A stretch of 63,837 bases of DNA, filler included, from Globobulimina sp. (GCA_003354225.1; 26 parts of 26 records of this genome joined end to end with filler, not necessarily neighbours in it), one strand, 5' to 3'. Shown: positions 1 to 10,455, counted from the whole stretch's first letter. Translations and numbers: made by a program. Notes: generated by a model from the sequence alone, not told the origin.

Positions 1-128
1 AGGCACCATTGTCAAACGAAAAACTAATGTAAAGTCAAACGAAAATTTTGTTTACTCGCTTAGATTTCTAAAAAAAACATGCTCGCAAGCATAAAAAACT
101 AATACCTTATAAAAATCAATAACTCAAA

Positions 129-378
129 ATGGGACTGCTCACTCAACTCAAAGAGATATACCTCCATTGGTGTATTCTCTCAACCACTGTCATGCTCGAC
201 CCCATTGAAGGGTTTCTAATCAGTTATTAAATTTATATTTGATAATATTTCCAATGCAAAACACATTTTATCTCATTTATATTAATTGTTTACAGATTTG
301 TTTACAGCGGTACTATTATTGCTAACAATCTATTCTTTGCTTTCAATGATAACATCACTCCTTATTACATTCTACTGA
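129..378 (+). CDS. Serine palmitoyltransferase small subunit-like microprotein, 58 aa, two exons (129-222, 296-378); missed by ORF track
   Basis: GT-AG intron 223-295 gives MGLLTQLKEIYLHWCILSTTVMLDPIEGFLINLFTAVLLLLTIYSLLSMITSLLITFY*, matching the ssSPT pattern Y..Y...T..YML[DE]PWE...FN plus a TM helix. Confidence 0.7.
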
Positions 379-725
379 TTATTTTTGTTGTCAATATACA
401 AAATGTGCATTGTTGATTGTTCAAGAAAAGAAGAAACAAATGGGTGACATTTATTTTGTTTACAAGATTTATGTTTTTATATGTAGTCATGCATAGCGTT
501 TCGATTTATCCTTGCACACAGCACACAAATGTCACCTTCACAACTTGCAACTAAATGGATTATCCTTGCACACTCCATATCTATTAACGTCACAAAATAG
601 TAATACTTATATTAACTAACTAAACCCACTCAACATAAAAACAAACAATATACATTGGCACAATATATTATATCTGAAATAACTAAGTTATCAACAATGA
701 GCTATCAGCTATGTACTGTTCCAAT

Positions 726-1394
726 TTATTCATGCTTTGGTTTAATATTTCTGAGAATAAAGGGTGTGATCCAAAAAACAATAATAACTCCTACCACAAC
801 AGCAGCGATTGCTAAACCAAGCAATGAATTTGGTATTATTCCAAACCATAAACTTTCAACTTTTATGCCAAATTTTACGATATATTTTGATATGTCAACT
901 TTGCGGTCTTTGCCAGCTTTCCTATGCGATTTTAATGCAGCTCCACTTGATACCATTGCATCGAATGCTTTTTTATCAATGGGCTTACATCGAACAATGA
1001 TTTTAATTATTGTTTGTTCAATGGCTCTGTTTCCGGTTATAAATGTTTCGACATTGGTATCCAATAAACGTCTCCTCCTTTGCTCTTTTTTTATGTCTCT
1101 CTCCTCCACTCTCCTTCCTCTGCCTTTATGATCATATACATTTTCTTGCGTTATATTTGATTCGCATTCTATCGCTAAATAACCGGGATAGGACACAATC
1201 ACTTGATATTTAGAGTTTGTTTCGAATTTTTCAAATTCAAATATAAACGTATCATTGATTGATTTGTCCCGAACATAAAAAGGTCCGCCCGGTTCATCCG
1301 GAGCTATTTTATAATAAAGAGCCTTAGATTTAGAAATGTACGGCAGCAGAAGAAGCAGTTGGAACATAGACACAAGACACAACAACCAGTCCAT
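726..1394 (-). CDS. Type I membrane protein, possibly Pga1-like (GPI mannosyltransferase II accessory subunit)
   Basis: Likely start MDWLLCLVSMFQLLLLLP (signal peptide); YQVIVSYP, RRLLDT, and FGIKVESLWFGIIPNSL before the C-terminal TM helix. Confidence 0.45.
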   Translation of the reverse strand: MDWLLCLVSMFQLLLLLPYISKSKALYYKIAPDEPGGPFYVRDKSINDTFIFEFEKFETNSKYQVIVSYPGYLAIECESNITQENVYDHKGRGRRVEERDIKKEQRRRRLLDTNVETFITGNRAIEQTIIKIIVRCKPIDKKAFDAMVSSGAALKSHRKAGKDRKVDISKYIVKFGIKVESLWFGIIPNSLLGLAIAAVVVGVIIVFWITPFILRNIKPKHE

Positions 1395-1509
1395 TGTTGT
1401 GTTACTAAGCAAAATTCGAAAAACAAGGAAAACTGTGATATAACAGTTACTAATATTACAGTACATAAAAAAATGCAAAATCGAAAGAATATTTGATTGG
1501 TGTGGCTGA

Positions 1510-2346
1510 TTAACCTGAACGTGACAATTTGAATGCATTGGAAAAAGTACTACTTAATCTACCATTCAATCCTCTGTTCCATTTCTTTTTGGTTTTTTTT
1601 TGCAATGAATATTGTGGTAAATGTAGATTTTGAAAATATTGATATAATCTGTATATAACAAACTGCAATCCAATAATAGCTAATAATACCACAATAACAC
1701 TAATAATTGCTGCATATGTTTGAGATGAATTAATCATTGTATCTTCAAATGATAAAATATTAACACTATCAACCGCTGTATCATCTGCTAATGCATAATC
1801 AATGATTTTTAATCTATGAACATCATTATATGCGTCATCTAATTTTATTTTCAAATCAGAAATAACAACATTTAACCTGTTGATTGCCAACACAGATTCC
1901 TCTTGATTTTGTAGCAAATATTGATTTTGATTGGTTACAAATCTAAGTTGATCTCGTACCATTTGCAAATGTGACTCATTATCTCCTTTCAATGCTACTC
2001 TATTTGCGATTCGATGATTCAATGAATTTATTTCAGATAATAAAAACTCATTTCGTTCCATTAATTCATAATGTTTCCATTGATTCTGTTCGTCAGTGAC
2101 CGATTGTGACTTTGGTGGTTGGCGAGCGGTCATAAACATTGCTGGGCAAACAATCAAAACACACAGCAGAAAAATAGAATGTTCGACAATGTAATTTCTA
2201 CAAATCTGCAACTTGTTTTCTAACGAAATATTTTGTTGTACCAATTGATTTATGAAGTATGCGTATTTGCTGCATTTCAGGTCCATCGCATAAACTATTG
2301 ATGAAACATTCGTTTCTTTCCCAATCATTTCTCTTTTCAATAACAT
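1510..2346 (-). CDS. Coiled-coil protein with C-terminal TM helix, function unknown; true start uncertain
   Basis: Heptad-like region followed by hydrophobic AAIISVIVVLLAIIGLQFVIY and a basic tail. Confidence 0.55.
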   Translation of the reverse strand: MLLKREMIGKETNVSSIVYAMDLKCSKYAYFINQLVQQNISLENKLQICRNYIVEHSIFLLCVLIVCPAMFMTARQPPKSQSVTDEQNQWKHYELMERNEFLLSEINSLNHRIANRVALKGDNESHLQMVRDQLRFVTNQNQYLLQNQEESVLAINRLNVVISDLKIKLDDAYNDVHRLKIIDYALADDTAVDSVNILSFEDTMINSSQTYAAIISVIVVLLAIIGLQFVIYRLYQYFQNLHLPQYSLQKKTKKKWNRGLNGRLSSTFSNAFKLSRSG

Positions 2347-2361
2347 TATTTCTCCTGTGAG

Positions 2362-2461
2362 NNNNNNNNNNNNNNNNNNNNNNNNNNNNNNNNNNNNNNN
2401 NNNNNTTAATTAATTAANNNNNNNNNNNNNNNNNNNNNNNNNNNNNNNNNNNNNNNNNNNN
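2362..2461. other. Artificial contig-joining spacer (first of 25, recurring every ~2.46 kb; last at 61381-61480)
   Basis: N44-TTAATTAATTAA-N44, identical each time, with stops in all six frames; the flanking contigs decrease in length. Confidence 0.98.
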
Positions 2462-2694
2462 AAATATAAACTCTTTTAATTTTAATTTTATATACTTTAG
2501 ATTTATGTTATAGATGATTATGAATGTAGACGCTGTCAGCAAGCCTACATAGCTTTAGCACCTAAAAGTATTAAAACGTTTTTCGGAAAAATACAGACTG
2601 TGTTCACATGCACACATTACTGCATCTCCGGCACGTCATCTCCGATCATCAAATGTATTTATTTTAATAGTGAGAATGTGAGAAAATGACATTA

Positions 2695-3906
2695 TTAATT
2701 ACCAATAATTCTACTTGTGCTGATATCATGATGTATATCGAACACTGCATCAAACAGTTGATCTAAATTTTGTGTCTTGACTTTCCATTTTTTCAACTCT
2801 CTCAAATCGATACATTCCACACCATTTGACATTACACTCATAATATGCAACATATTATTATCTTCAATCCAGAGCAATGGATCCATGTCATGTTTCAAAC
2901 CCGTATCCGGCAAAACATTCCAAACATTCTTCTCCAAATCAAAACATTCCACAGAATTAAATGCTTTGGAAAGATCATTGTATCCGCCACCAATATAAAT
3001 TAAATCCTGTGTTTCATCAAAATATATCCCACCATCCAAGCGAGCAGTATTTATATCACATAACATTTGCGATTCTTTATTCATATCATTAAAATCAATT
3101 AACTCCACAGAGTTTCTATACGTACCCTCTGCATAGCCACTGACTGCAATTAATTGCTTTGCATTGTTAATCATAGTAAAACATGCGGATTGTCTGCGTT
3201 CTTGCAATTTTATTTCCAATTTCTCCCATTTCCACCGTTGCTGTAACTGTTGAAGATAAACGCAATCATTTGTATTAAAAGTTAATTTATAAATATTGTT
3301 TGTTTCGGTACGAATGTCATTCATTCCCCCAATGCTAAATAATGCATTATATGCATGCGAATATATGATGGAATTATAATTGATTGGAGTCGGAAACTTT
3401 GGTAACAGCCAGTTATATGCAGTGATAAATGGCGTATTATTTTGTTGAAACTGATGTGAATTTATTATTAATGCGGCAACATAGTCAATGCCATTTAGTG
3501 CGCTATCTGAGCCACCACATCTAAATAAAATATAATTACTATCGGTGCCGCCTATATTATCTATTATTGATGGCGGTAATTTTACATTTTTTGCAAAGGT
3601 AATGCCAGCTCCGGAAATGTTCCATTTGGTTGAATAGGAATCTTGCATTGTCATTTCTGTTTTATTTTCATCCAAGTCATATATTTTAGCATTCCAATTC
3701 TGTTTTGAATCAAGTTGCGCGATACTTACTAAACTATCATTCTTTTCCCTGACACGTTTGCTGTTATTACTTGTAATGTAAAATAGAAATTTTGTCAAGA
3801 AATAAAAATCAAAGCAAATATGGAAGATCTCAATCGGAATTATCCTATTTGTGTCCAATGATTTTTCAACTTGTCTGATGTAGCCATCAACCAACAAAAC
3901 ATCCAT
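2695..3906 (-). CDS. Kelch-repeat beta-propeller protein
   Basis: LFSIGGM, LIAVSGY...NSVELIDF, IYIGGGY...NSVECFDLEKNVWNVLP; likely start MDVLLVDGYIRQ. Confidence 0.8.
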   Translation of the reverse strand: MDVLLVDGYIRQVEKSLDTNRIIPIEIFHICFDFYFLTKFLFYITSNNSKRVREKNDSLVSIAQLDSKQNWNAKIYDLDENKTEMTMQDSYSTKWNISGAGITFAKNVKLPPSIIDNIGGTDSNYILFRCGGSDSALNGIDYVAALIINSHQFQQNNTPFITAYNWLLPKFPTPINYNSIIYSHAYNALFSIGGMNDIRTETNNIYKLTFNTNDCVYLQQLQQRWKWEKLEIKLQERRQSACFTMINNAKQLIAVSGYAEGTYRNSVELIDFNDMNKESQMLCDINTARLDGGIYFDETQDLIYIGGGYNDLSKAFNSVECFDLEKNVWNVLPDTGLKHDMDPLLWIEDNNMLHIMSVMSNGVECIDLRELKKWKVKTQNLDQLFDAVFDIHHDISTSRIIGN

Positions 3907-4124
3907 TTGAAATAAACCTTTTTGTTCACACAAGATTAAAAAGTCAGAATACCAATTTGCTGTTGATATGACCAACAAACTGAAATAAAGCTTATATCTG
4001 TCAAAATGACAGCAATACATTGTTCGGACAAAAACACAATAAAGTAACGGTATTTATAACGTAATTAAGATCAAGAAATAACACGTACATAAACAAGAAA
4101 TATGTAATATGTAATATGCAATTG

Positions 4125-4808
4125 TTAATCGATGGAAGTATTATCATTGATAGCACCATAATCCTTTCGTGTATGTTTCAATCTCAATTGACTGGCTGTC
4201 AATGCTTTCTCCCAATCAACATAATAAATTAACATTGTAACAATCACAATATCAGCTAAAAAATAACCAAATGTAGACCCTGACCATATGACATAAATAC
4301 CCGTTTCTGTATTATCACAGAAACGAAAAGTTGAACCAAATAACATCCATAACTCCAATGGCAAAGCAATCATATATTGCGTAACAGACACAATGTAAGC
4401 AGTTAACTTTTGGTATCCGAGTGCTCTATAAATTGATGCCATATTTATATAAATTGAAGCTGTGATCACATTCAATAATGCAATATATAACAAATTGCCA
4501 ACCACCTCAATAATATCTATATTAGACGTAAATATTTGTGGTAATTGTTTCCTTAATGTTGTCCAAATTACAGACGCAATGATAAATACACATATCAGAT
4601 AAAACATTTGTATTTTAATACATCTCTTCGCTAAGCATATACTTCCACCGCCAATATATTTTCCTATGCAGTTAAAAGGTTTCTTCTCAGCTTGAAATTT
4701 GTTCAAAATCACACAAACCCCATAAGAATATTTTACGTATTTATATTTTATACACAAGTTATTATGGCGTTTGTTGGCAATTATGAAGATCCAAAATATA
4801 ATAAACAT
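4125..4808 (-). CDS. MATE-family transporter, C-terminal part (5' end uncertain or truncated)
   Basis: IYRALGYQKLTAYIVSVTQYMIALPL, GIYVIWSG, and YVDWEK after the last TM are typical eukaryotic MATE C-terminal motifs. Confidence 0.75.
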   Translation of the reverse strand: MFIIFWIFIIANKRHNNLCIKYKYVKYSYGVCVILNKFQAEKKPFNCIGKYIGGGSICLAKRCIKIQMFYLICVFIIASVIWTTLRKQLPQIFTSNIDIIEVVGNLLYIALLNVITASIYINMASIYRALGYQKLTAYIVSVTQYMIALPLELWMLFGSTFRFCDNTETGIYVIWSGSTFGYFLADIVIVTMLIYYVDWEKALTASQLRLKHTRKDYGAINDNTSID

Positions 4809-4922
4809 TTAATTTCAAGGCTNNNNNNNNNNNNNNNNNNNNNNNNNNNNNNNNNNNNNNNNNNNNTTAATTAATTAANNNNNNNNNNNNNNNNNNNNNN
4901 NNNNNNNNNNNNNNNNNNNNNN

Positions 4923-5035
4923 CGGATATGGTTAGTGCGGGCGGCAGCCACTTTTTCCATTTTTTCGCGGCGGGCATCGGTGAACTGGCCGGCTTGATCC
5001 GTCCTTGTGAAATTGAACGCGGCTTTATCGGCCAC
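4923..5035 (-). CDS. Bacterial fragment, probable N-terminus of a TrmH/SpoU-family RNA methyltransferase (truncated)
   Basis: GC-rich; GTG start ADKAAFNFTRTDQAGQFTDARREKMEKVAAARTNHI resembles the TrmH N-terminal T..R..+++.V...RT motif. Confidence 0.4.
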
Positions 5036-5057
5036 GCCGTAACACTCGGCTATGACG

Positions 5058-5097
5058 CTCCCCTCGCCCACTTGCGAGAGAGGCCAGGGGTGAGGGC
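5058..5097. repeat. Bacterial short palindromic repeat element (CCCCTC...GAGAGG...GGGGTGAGGG type)
   Basis: ctcccctcgcccacttgcgagagaggccaggggtgagggc; translates as PLAHLRERPGVRA, typical of this repeat class. Confidence 0.55.
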
Positions 5098-5115
5098 AAA
5101 ATCAAACGGTAAACC

Positions 5116-6816
5116 GTGCCAGAAACACATCGGCAGGGGTCGGTCGCTCCGCAGACAGTGGCAGGTGTTTATGCTGTGAATAATAGCTTTTACTCCTTGC
5201 AACAGATTAAACCAAATGAGAATGATATAAAAAATACATTATATCGTTATGATACCAGTCAGAAGGACGAGTTCGATAAATATGGCGAGTTCGTGCAGCA
5301 TAAATGTGACCGCAATGCCTGGAGCGTTGGCACAATCATACAAATTTATTCTAGCAGTGGCTGGAAAGAAGCACAGATTATCGACATCAACACAAATAAT
5401 AGGAATGATATTGTCGTTCAATACGATGCAAATACTGATATTGATAATGATATTGTGGTTAAATATGGCGTGCAAGACATGACATTATGTCGCAGAGTGA
5501 ACAAAAACGATGCTAAAATTGTTAGATCCCGCCCAGAATTTATATCCAATCGACAAAAATGGGCCATCGGTACAAACGTACAAGTGTTTGATGCCAAATA
5601 TCAGATGTGGTTTCCAGCAAAAATTATAAATATCATAAAAGCCACACAGTTCCACGTCAACGCCTCCATCAAAGCCGCGAGGAAAAGAATTAAAAACAAA
5701 AACGCTGCGTTATTTTGTGTCGCTCACAATGCTCTGTTCGAAGCAGATAAAATATCGTATTTTGGAAGTTGGGAAGCAAATATTCGCGATGCTCCGGCAA
5801 TGGCCACGCAAGCAACAGATAGCCACATCCATCCAAGGCGCAGTCATGCGGAGAATGGTAAAAATATGATATGTTTTGCTTTTATCCGACAACATTGCCA
5901 TATTAAGGTACCAACGGATATTATCAATTTGATTCAGAAGTTTTGTGAAATGTTTATTGTTTGGACTGTCGAGTCGTTGCGGATTAAGAGATTGTTAAAT
6001 TGCTATGGCGCGGTCATAATTGGTCCGTCATTTGTGATATGCGACGTGATCAGTTTCCAATTAACATTATGTGTGCGGGACAATGATGAACATATCGTGT
6101 GCTATTTAGAGAGCAAATACATAGCGCCTTCTATAAAGACCTTGACCTTTTCATTGCAGTTATTTTGCGCCGAACTGCAACACGATTGTAGAGGCACTGT
6201 GTTTTATAATGTAAATAAAAAGGTAAAATGCAATGCGTGGTCGTGGGGTAAAACAAATATTCCATTTACGGAACAGTTGAAATCATTGAATATTGAGTGT
6301 GCGGTAAGTATCGCACATATTGAATATCAGAATGGTCATATTTCCCATAAGTCAAATATTTGCAGCTTACTCCCGCAAATTAAATATATATTGAAAAATA
6401 CGCAGTATACATGGCATATTGACAATAATTTATTGACTCTATTTAAGAATGCAAGCATTCGTCGGACATATTTTGATGAATCGCTGTTGAATTGCTGTTG
6501 GATGATAAGCTGTGAACCGCAAGGAATAAATGAGAAATGCAATGAGAATAATGTTTATTTGACATTGTATTTAATGAAGTTTCCATTTAAGACATTATCG
6601 AAATGCATCCAAGCCACATATCAATGGGAAGTGTATGCAAATCATACTGTTTTTAAATCGAAATGGAAAACAGATAAATTTAAATTGAATATGAAAGACG
6701 GATTCCATCAAAGCCAACAAAGAATATGTATGTGCACTTCTGCATTGTTAGCATCTTTATCTTGTTTGACATTTAAGATTAATATTATAATTAATAATAA
6801 TCGCGCATATAAATAG
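5116..6816 (+). CDS. Protein with two Tudor/Agenet-like repeats and C-terminal MATH-like beta domains; the 5' end is probably a chimeric join with bacterial DNA
   Basis: WSVGTIIQIYSSSGWKEAQIIDI and WAIGTNVQVFDAKYQMWFPAKIINI; later FQLTLC..VCYLE and WMISCEPQG..NVYLTLYL. Confidence 0.55.
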   Translation: MPETHRQGSVAPQTVAGVYAVNNSFYSLQQIKPNENDIKNTLYRYDTSQKDEFDKYGEFVQHKCDRNAWSVGTIIQIYSSSGWKEAQIIDINTNNRNDIVVQYDANTDIDNDIVVKYGVQDMTLCRRVNKNDAKIVRSRPEFISNRQKWAIGTNVQVFDAKYQMWFPAKIINIIKATQFHVNASIKAARKRIKNKNAALFCVAHNALFEADKISYFGSWEANIRDAPAMATQATDSHIHPRRSHAENGKNMICFAFIRQHCHIKVPTDIINLIQKFCEMFIVWTVESLRIKRLLNCYGAVIIGPSFVICDVISFQLTLCVRDNDEHIVCYLESKYIAPSIKTLTFSLQLFCAELQHDCRGTVFYNVNKKVKCNAWSWGKTNIPFTEQLKSLNIECAVSIAHIEYQNGHISHKSNICSLLPQIKYILKNTQYTWHIDNNLLTLFKNASIRRTYFDESLLNCCWMISCEPQGINEKCNENNVYLTLYLMKFPFKTLSKCIQATYQWEVYANHTVFKSKWKTDKFKLNMKDGFHQSQQRICMCTSALLASLSCLTFKINIIINNNRAYK

Positions 6817-7383
6817 TAATTATGTAATTTATATTTTTTATTATTTTTTTTCCTTTTACTTTTTTTCTCATTATTTTTTTTTTATTATTGTATTTATTGA
6901 TTTGTTGTTATTATAAGTTTAATTAATTAGAAGTTTTATTTTAGCTATTTTAACAAAAGACGTATGGATCTAAACAAAAGCGAGCGTCGCATCGCCACAT
7001 TTAAGTCTCACTCTCAGATCAACCATAGATTCGTCTGATCACTCTGATGTGTATTTCGGTCTGTTATCTTTGCCAAAAAATAAGCAGGCAAATTCATATT
7101 GCTAATTCCTTTCATGTATGTTAGTGAAGTACTTTTTTTTTCCAAATAAATCCAACTAGTTCCATATTAAGTAAACAAAACCCATGGGAAGCTCAAAAAA
7201 TTCGCTTTTCCCAAAGGGATAAATAAATATAAAATTAAATTATGAATTAAAATGTATTGCAACTCTCAAAGTCAATGAACTTANNNNNNNNNNNNNNNNN
7301 NNNNNNNNNNNNNNNNNNNNNNNNNNNTTAATTAATTAANNNNNNNNNNNNNNNNNNNNNNNNNNNNNNNNNNNNNNNNNNNN

Positions 7384-7700
7384 ATCCAGGAATGTGTGCC
7401 ATCTCTCCCTTTGTTTCTAATATATGTTGAATTGAATGGTTCACTTTGCAATTCTAATATTTCTCTATTGCATAAATTACATGTTTCAATATTACCTGTT
7501 GCAAATAGAGCTATTTGTGAAAACATATCAATATCCTCGAATTTCAAAACATTACATAGAGTTTGATAAATATCTTCATATCTTTTATAATCACTTGGGT
7601 CTGTTAATATTTTTTGGATTGCTTGTTTTGACGGATTTGTATCGATTTTACGTTTTTTTGCCGGTTGATTTGTAGTTAAATCACCGAGACAACACTTCAT
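7384..7700 (-). CDS. Hypothetical protein, 3'-truncated
   Basis: Open to contig end; NLS-like PAKKRK and a CNLC motif. Confidence 0.45.
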
Positions 7701-7838
7701 ATTTTTTTATTCCTACTTTGATGATTGTTGATGTTGGTTTACTTTTTTAAGAAATGCCGTTATTTTTAGACCATTTTTAAGAAATTTCTTATATTGTGCT
7801 TGTGTTTTAGATAAAAATTGTTTTATTTTTAACTAACA

Positions 7839-9662
7839 ATGAGCGACTTATTAAACGTCTCGTTCACAGCGGCAGATACAGTCCGTGGACACAAACAATA
7901 CACATTATACGAATTACGCGTCTCATCATCCATCACACCGTCATGGATAATTCTTAAACGTTACCGTGACTTCAATTTCTTAAATGAACAATTATTAAAA
8001 CGACTACAATCCGACGCAGCATTACGAAAACACAAACATCGCTTGGCAGCCATGCCAAAAAAAAAGAAATTTGGTAATATGCGAAAAGATGTGATAATTC
8101 AACGACAATCCAAATTAGAAGAATACGTACAAACCATATTACGCAACGAAGCCTTACGCCGCACAGATTTAGTGATGGATTTCCTGTCCGTCCCGGAAGC
8201 CGTCCGCCAAATGATCTTAATCCAAACACCGCGCAGACGCTCCTTCATAGGCGACATAAATGACAGCAAATCGCCGGGGAACAACCTGAAAAACCAAAAC
8301 GAGGATGAATACCAAGTCGACGTATTGCTGAAGAAATTGTATCAAGAAAAAGACCGCGTGTTAGCCTTGAATCGCTTTGAAAAATGGTATTTTAGCGATA
8401 ACAGCACCCACGGCGTGTCCATGCATCCTCACTTAATCCGCAAACTATTAAAAGGCTACGACCGCTACGGCGGACTGATCCAATCCTGCAAACTGTCGCA
8501 GTGCAAGACGGCGTGGCGCAAATCGTTGAGTTTGTTGTGCAAATTGTTTGATGTGGAAAGGAATAAATACGCTCGGATGTTCATTCAAGTGTTCCTCAAT
8601 TTGGACCACTCGCTGTACAGAGAGATGGATTTGCACCGCCATATCAAAGACAGTACGCAGGAGCACGGCTTTATCATCGTACAGCTGATTCATATCAATT
8701 TGGCCCGTCTGGACCCGGTTGTATATGTTTCCGACGCCGAGTCTTGGATTCAATATTTGAGATGGAGTAAGATCCAAAACGATTCTTACATCGTCGGCAA
8801 TGACTCGTTGCTGTTGGACAATGTCAATGTGAATGGGGATTATAATATATATTCTTTTGATGATTATATCATTGTTAATGATGAGGACAAATATGGCCAC
8901 AAAAGCATTGGTTTTAATTTTAATAAGTTGTCGACGGACATATTTGAAAAGTATCAAGACTTTGTGTATGAGACTGACGATGAATACCGATATATACACA
9001 AAGTGAATGAGCGATACAGCGGCTGTGGAATGCAGGTGCGATGTAAGAAGGATTTTTATAGCGACCACTGGAAGTTGAAGATCTCGTTTGTTATACAACA
9101 CGAAGCGAAGAGGATTTATGACTTTTTGTACAACTCATATACGGAGAAAATGAATGCAAACAACGCGTACACGGATGGCTGGGACAAGAAGTTGATTGAC
9201 CGGAAGATTGTGAATAAGTTGGATGCGAATAATTATATTTGCCATGAGATTTATAAATCTTTTAATTCGCCGTATAAGTTTCGAGACTTTGTGGTGTTGC
9301 GCTCGTTTATTGTCAAGAAAAAGAAGAAAGAGGACCAGAATCAGAATGGAAAGTGTTTTTATATCATCTGTTCCTCGATCACGGACTATAAGAAAATACC
9401 AGAGACCACGGATAAATTGAGATGCATTATCTATCCGAGCGGCTTTCAAATCACACCGTATAATAATGAGCATCAGCAAATGTCGCATGTCTCGTACCGA
9501 TTGCATTTAACGTCGGAGTCTGTCAACATTGTTACTGCCGATTTGTTGGGTGAATGTGACGAATTATTTCAATCTATGATTAGAATCAGCTCATTGATTA
9601 CAAATGATAAACAAAAGGAAGCATTGGGGAAACAACTCACTGACAATAAGCAGCAAACGTAA
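7839..9662 (+). CDS. PX domain plus START lipid-transfer domain protein
   Basis: PX: YTLYELRV..WIILKRYRDF..L..MPKKKKFG..RQSKLEEYVQ..VMDFL; START: GWDKKL...RDFVVLR...YIICSSI...RCIIYPSGFQITP. Confidence 0.85.
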   Translation: MSDLLNVSFTAADTVRGHKQYTLYELRVSSSITPSWIILKRYRDFNFLNEQLLKRLQSDAALRKHKHRLAAMPKKKKFGNMRKDVIIQRQSKLEEYVQTILRNEALRRTDLVMDFLSVPEAVRQMILIQTPRRRSFIGDINDSKSPGNNLKNQNEDEYQVDVLLKKLYQEKDRVLALNRFEKWYFSDNSTHGVSMHPHLIRKLLKGYDRYGGLIQSCKLSQCKTAWRKSLSLLCKLFDVERNKYARMFIQVFLNLDHSLYREMDLHRHIKDSTQEHGFIIVQLIHINLARLDPVVYVSDAESWIQYLRWSKIQNDSYIVGNDSLLLDNVNVNGDYNIYSFDDYIIVNDEDKYGHKSIGFNFNKLSTDIFEKYQDFVYETDDEYRYIHKVNERYSGCGMQVRCKKDFYSDHWKLKISFVIQHEAKRIYDFLYNSYTEKMNANNAYTDGWDKKLIDRKIVNKLDANNYICHEIYKSFNSPYKFRDFVVLRSFIVKKKKKEDQNQNGKCFYIICSSITDYKKIPETTDKLRCIIYPSGFQITPYNNEHQQMSHVSYRLHLTSESVNIVTADLLGECDELFQSMIRISSLITNDKQKEALGKQLTDNKQQT

Positions 9663-9844
9663 CTGTCGTTTTTTTTTCTTTTTTCTTTTTGTTTTCGGAG
9701 CGTTTTTAGTGAAATGTTTTTTTATTCAGACGTAATATATTAAANNNNNNNNNNNNNNNNNNNNNNNNNNNNNNNNNNNNNNNNNNNNTTAATTAATTAA
9801 NNNNNNNNNNNNNNNNNNNNNNNNNNNNNNNNNNNNNNNNNNNN

Positions 9845-10455
9845 ATTATGAGCAATGTGATAAGCAAGTTGTGTCTGATAATGACGAGCACCAACCATCG
9901 TATTATTTCACTCTGTTATTATTACCACCAAATATTCAAACATATCAAGGTTTGTAGGCATAAAGAGTAGTACATAGCAGATTGATTTAAGTTATTTGAA
10001 ATTATATAGGTGGCAGTTATACATTTTATGTGGAAAATGCGTTAAAATTGCAATTTAATGGAAGTAGACATTGTACAGCAACACCAACACCGTCAGTGCA
10101 GTTACGAACGGATGCGAGTGATGACGTAGTAATTAACGCAGATTTGTATGATTGGACATGGATTTTATTTGATAAACGTGTCCAATATGAATGTACTCCA
10201 ATAATTGATGGTACAGCGGTTTCATTTAAAATGGATATTGACATTTGGAAGAAAAGCAAGAAAGAAATTAAACAAAACGAGGAATCTCACGAAAGGATAA
10301 ATAAATTATTATCTGGTGAATTAAATATCGATCTGAATGACGTTAATAATAAAGATACAGAAATAAATAAAATGGAGTCTCCGTTTGGCCCACAACTGAG
10401 TGTATCGCCAAATATTGTATTTCCACCGTATCCTGTTTTATGGCAAAACCTATAG
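9845..10455 (+). CDS. Degenerate 2OG-Fe(II) oxygenase-like protein, 5'-truncated, intron 9950-10009
   Basis: Spliced FTLLLLPPNIQTYQGGSYTF...WILFDKRVQYECTPIIDGTAVSFKMDI fits the 2OG oxygenase strand pattern but lacks the His ligands. Confidence 0.45.

Noticed and set aside
655-1131. Antisense ORFs such as 655-1131, 8448-9101, 11247-11771, 18516-18998 and 35619-36005
   Set aside because: They are shadows of well-supported opposite-strand genes and have no motifs of their own.
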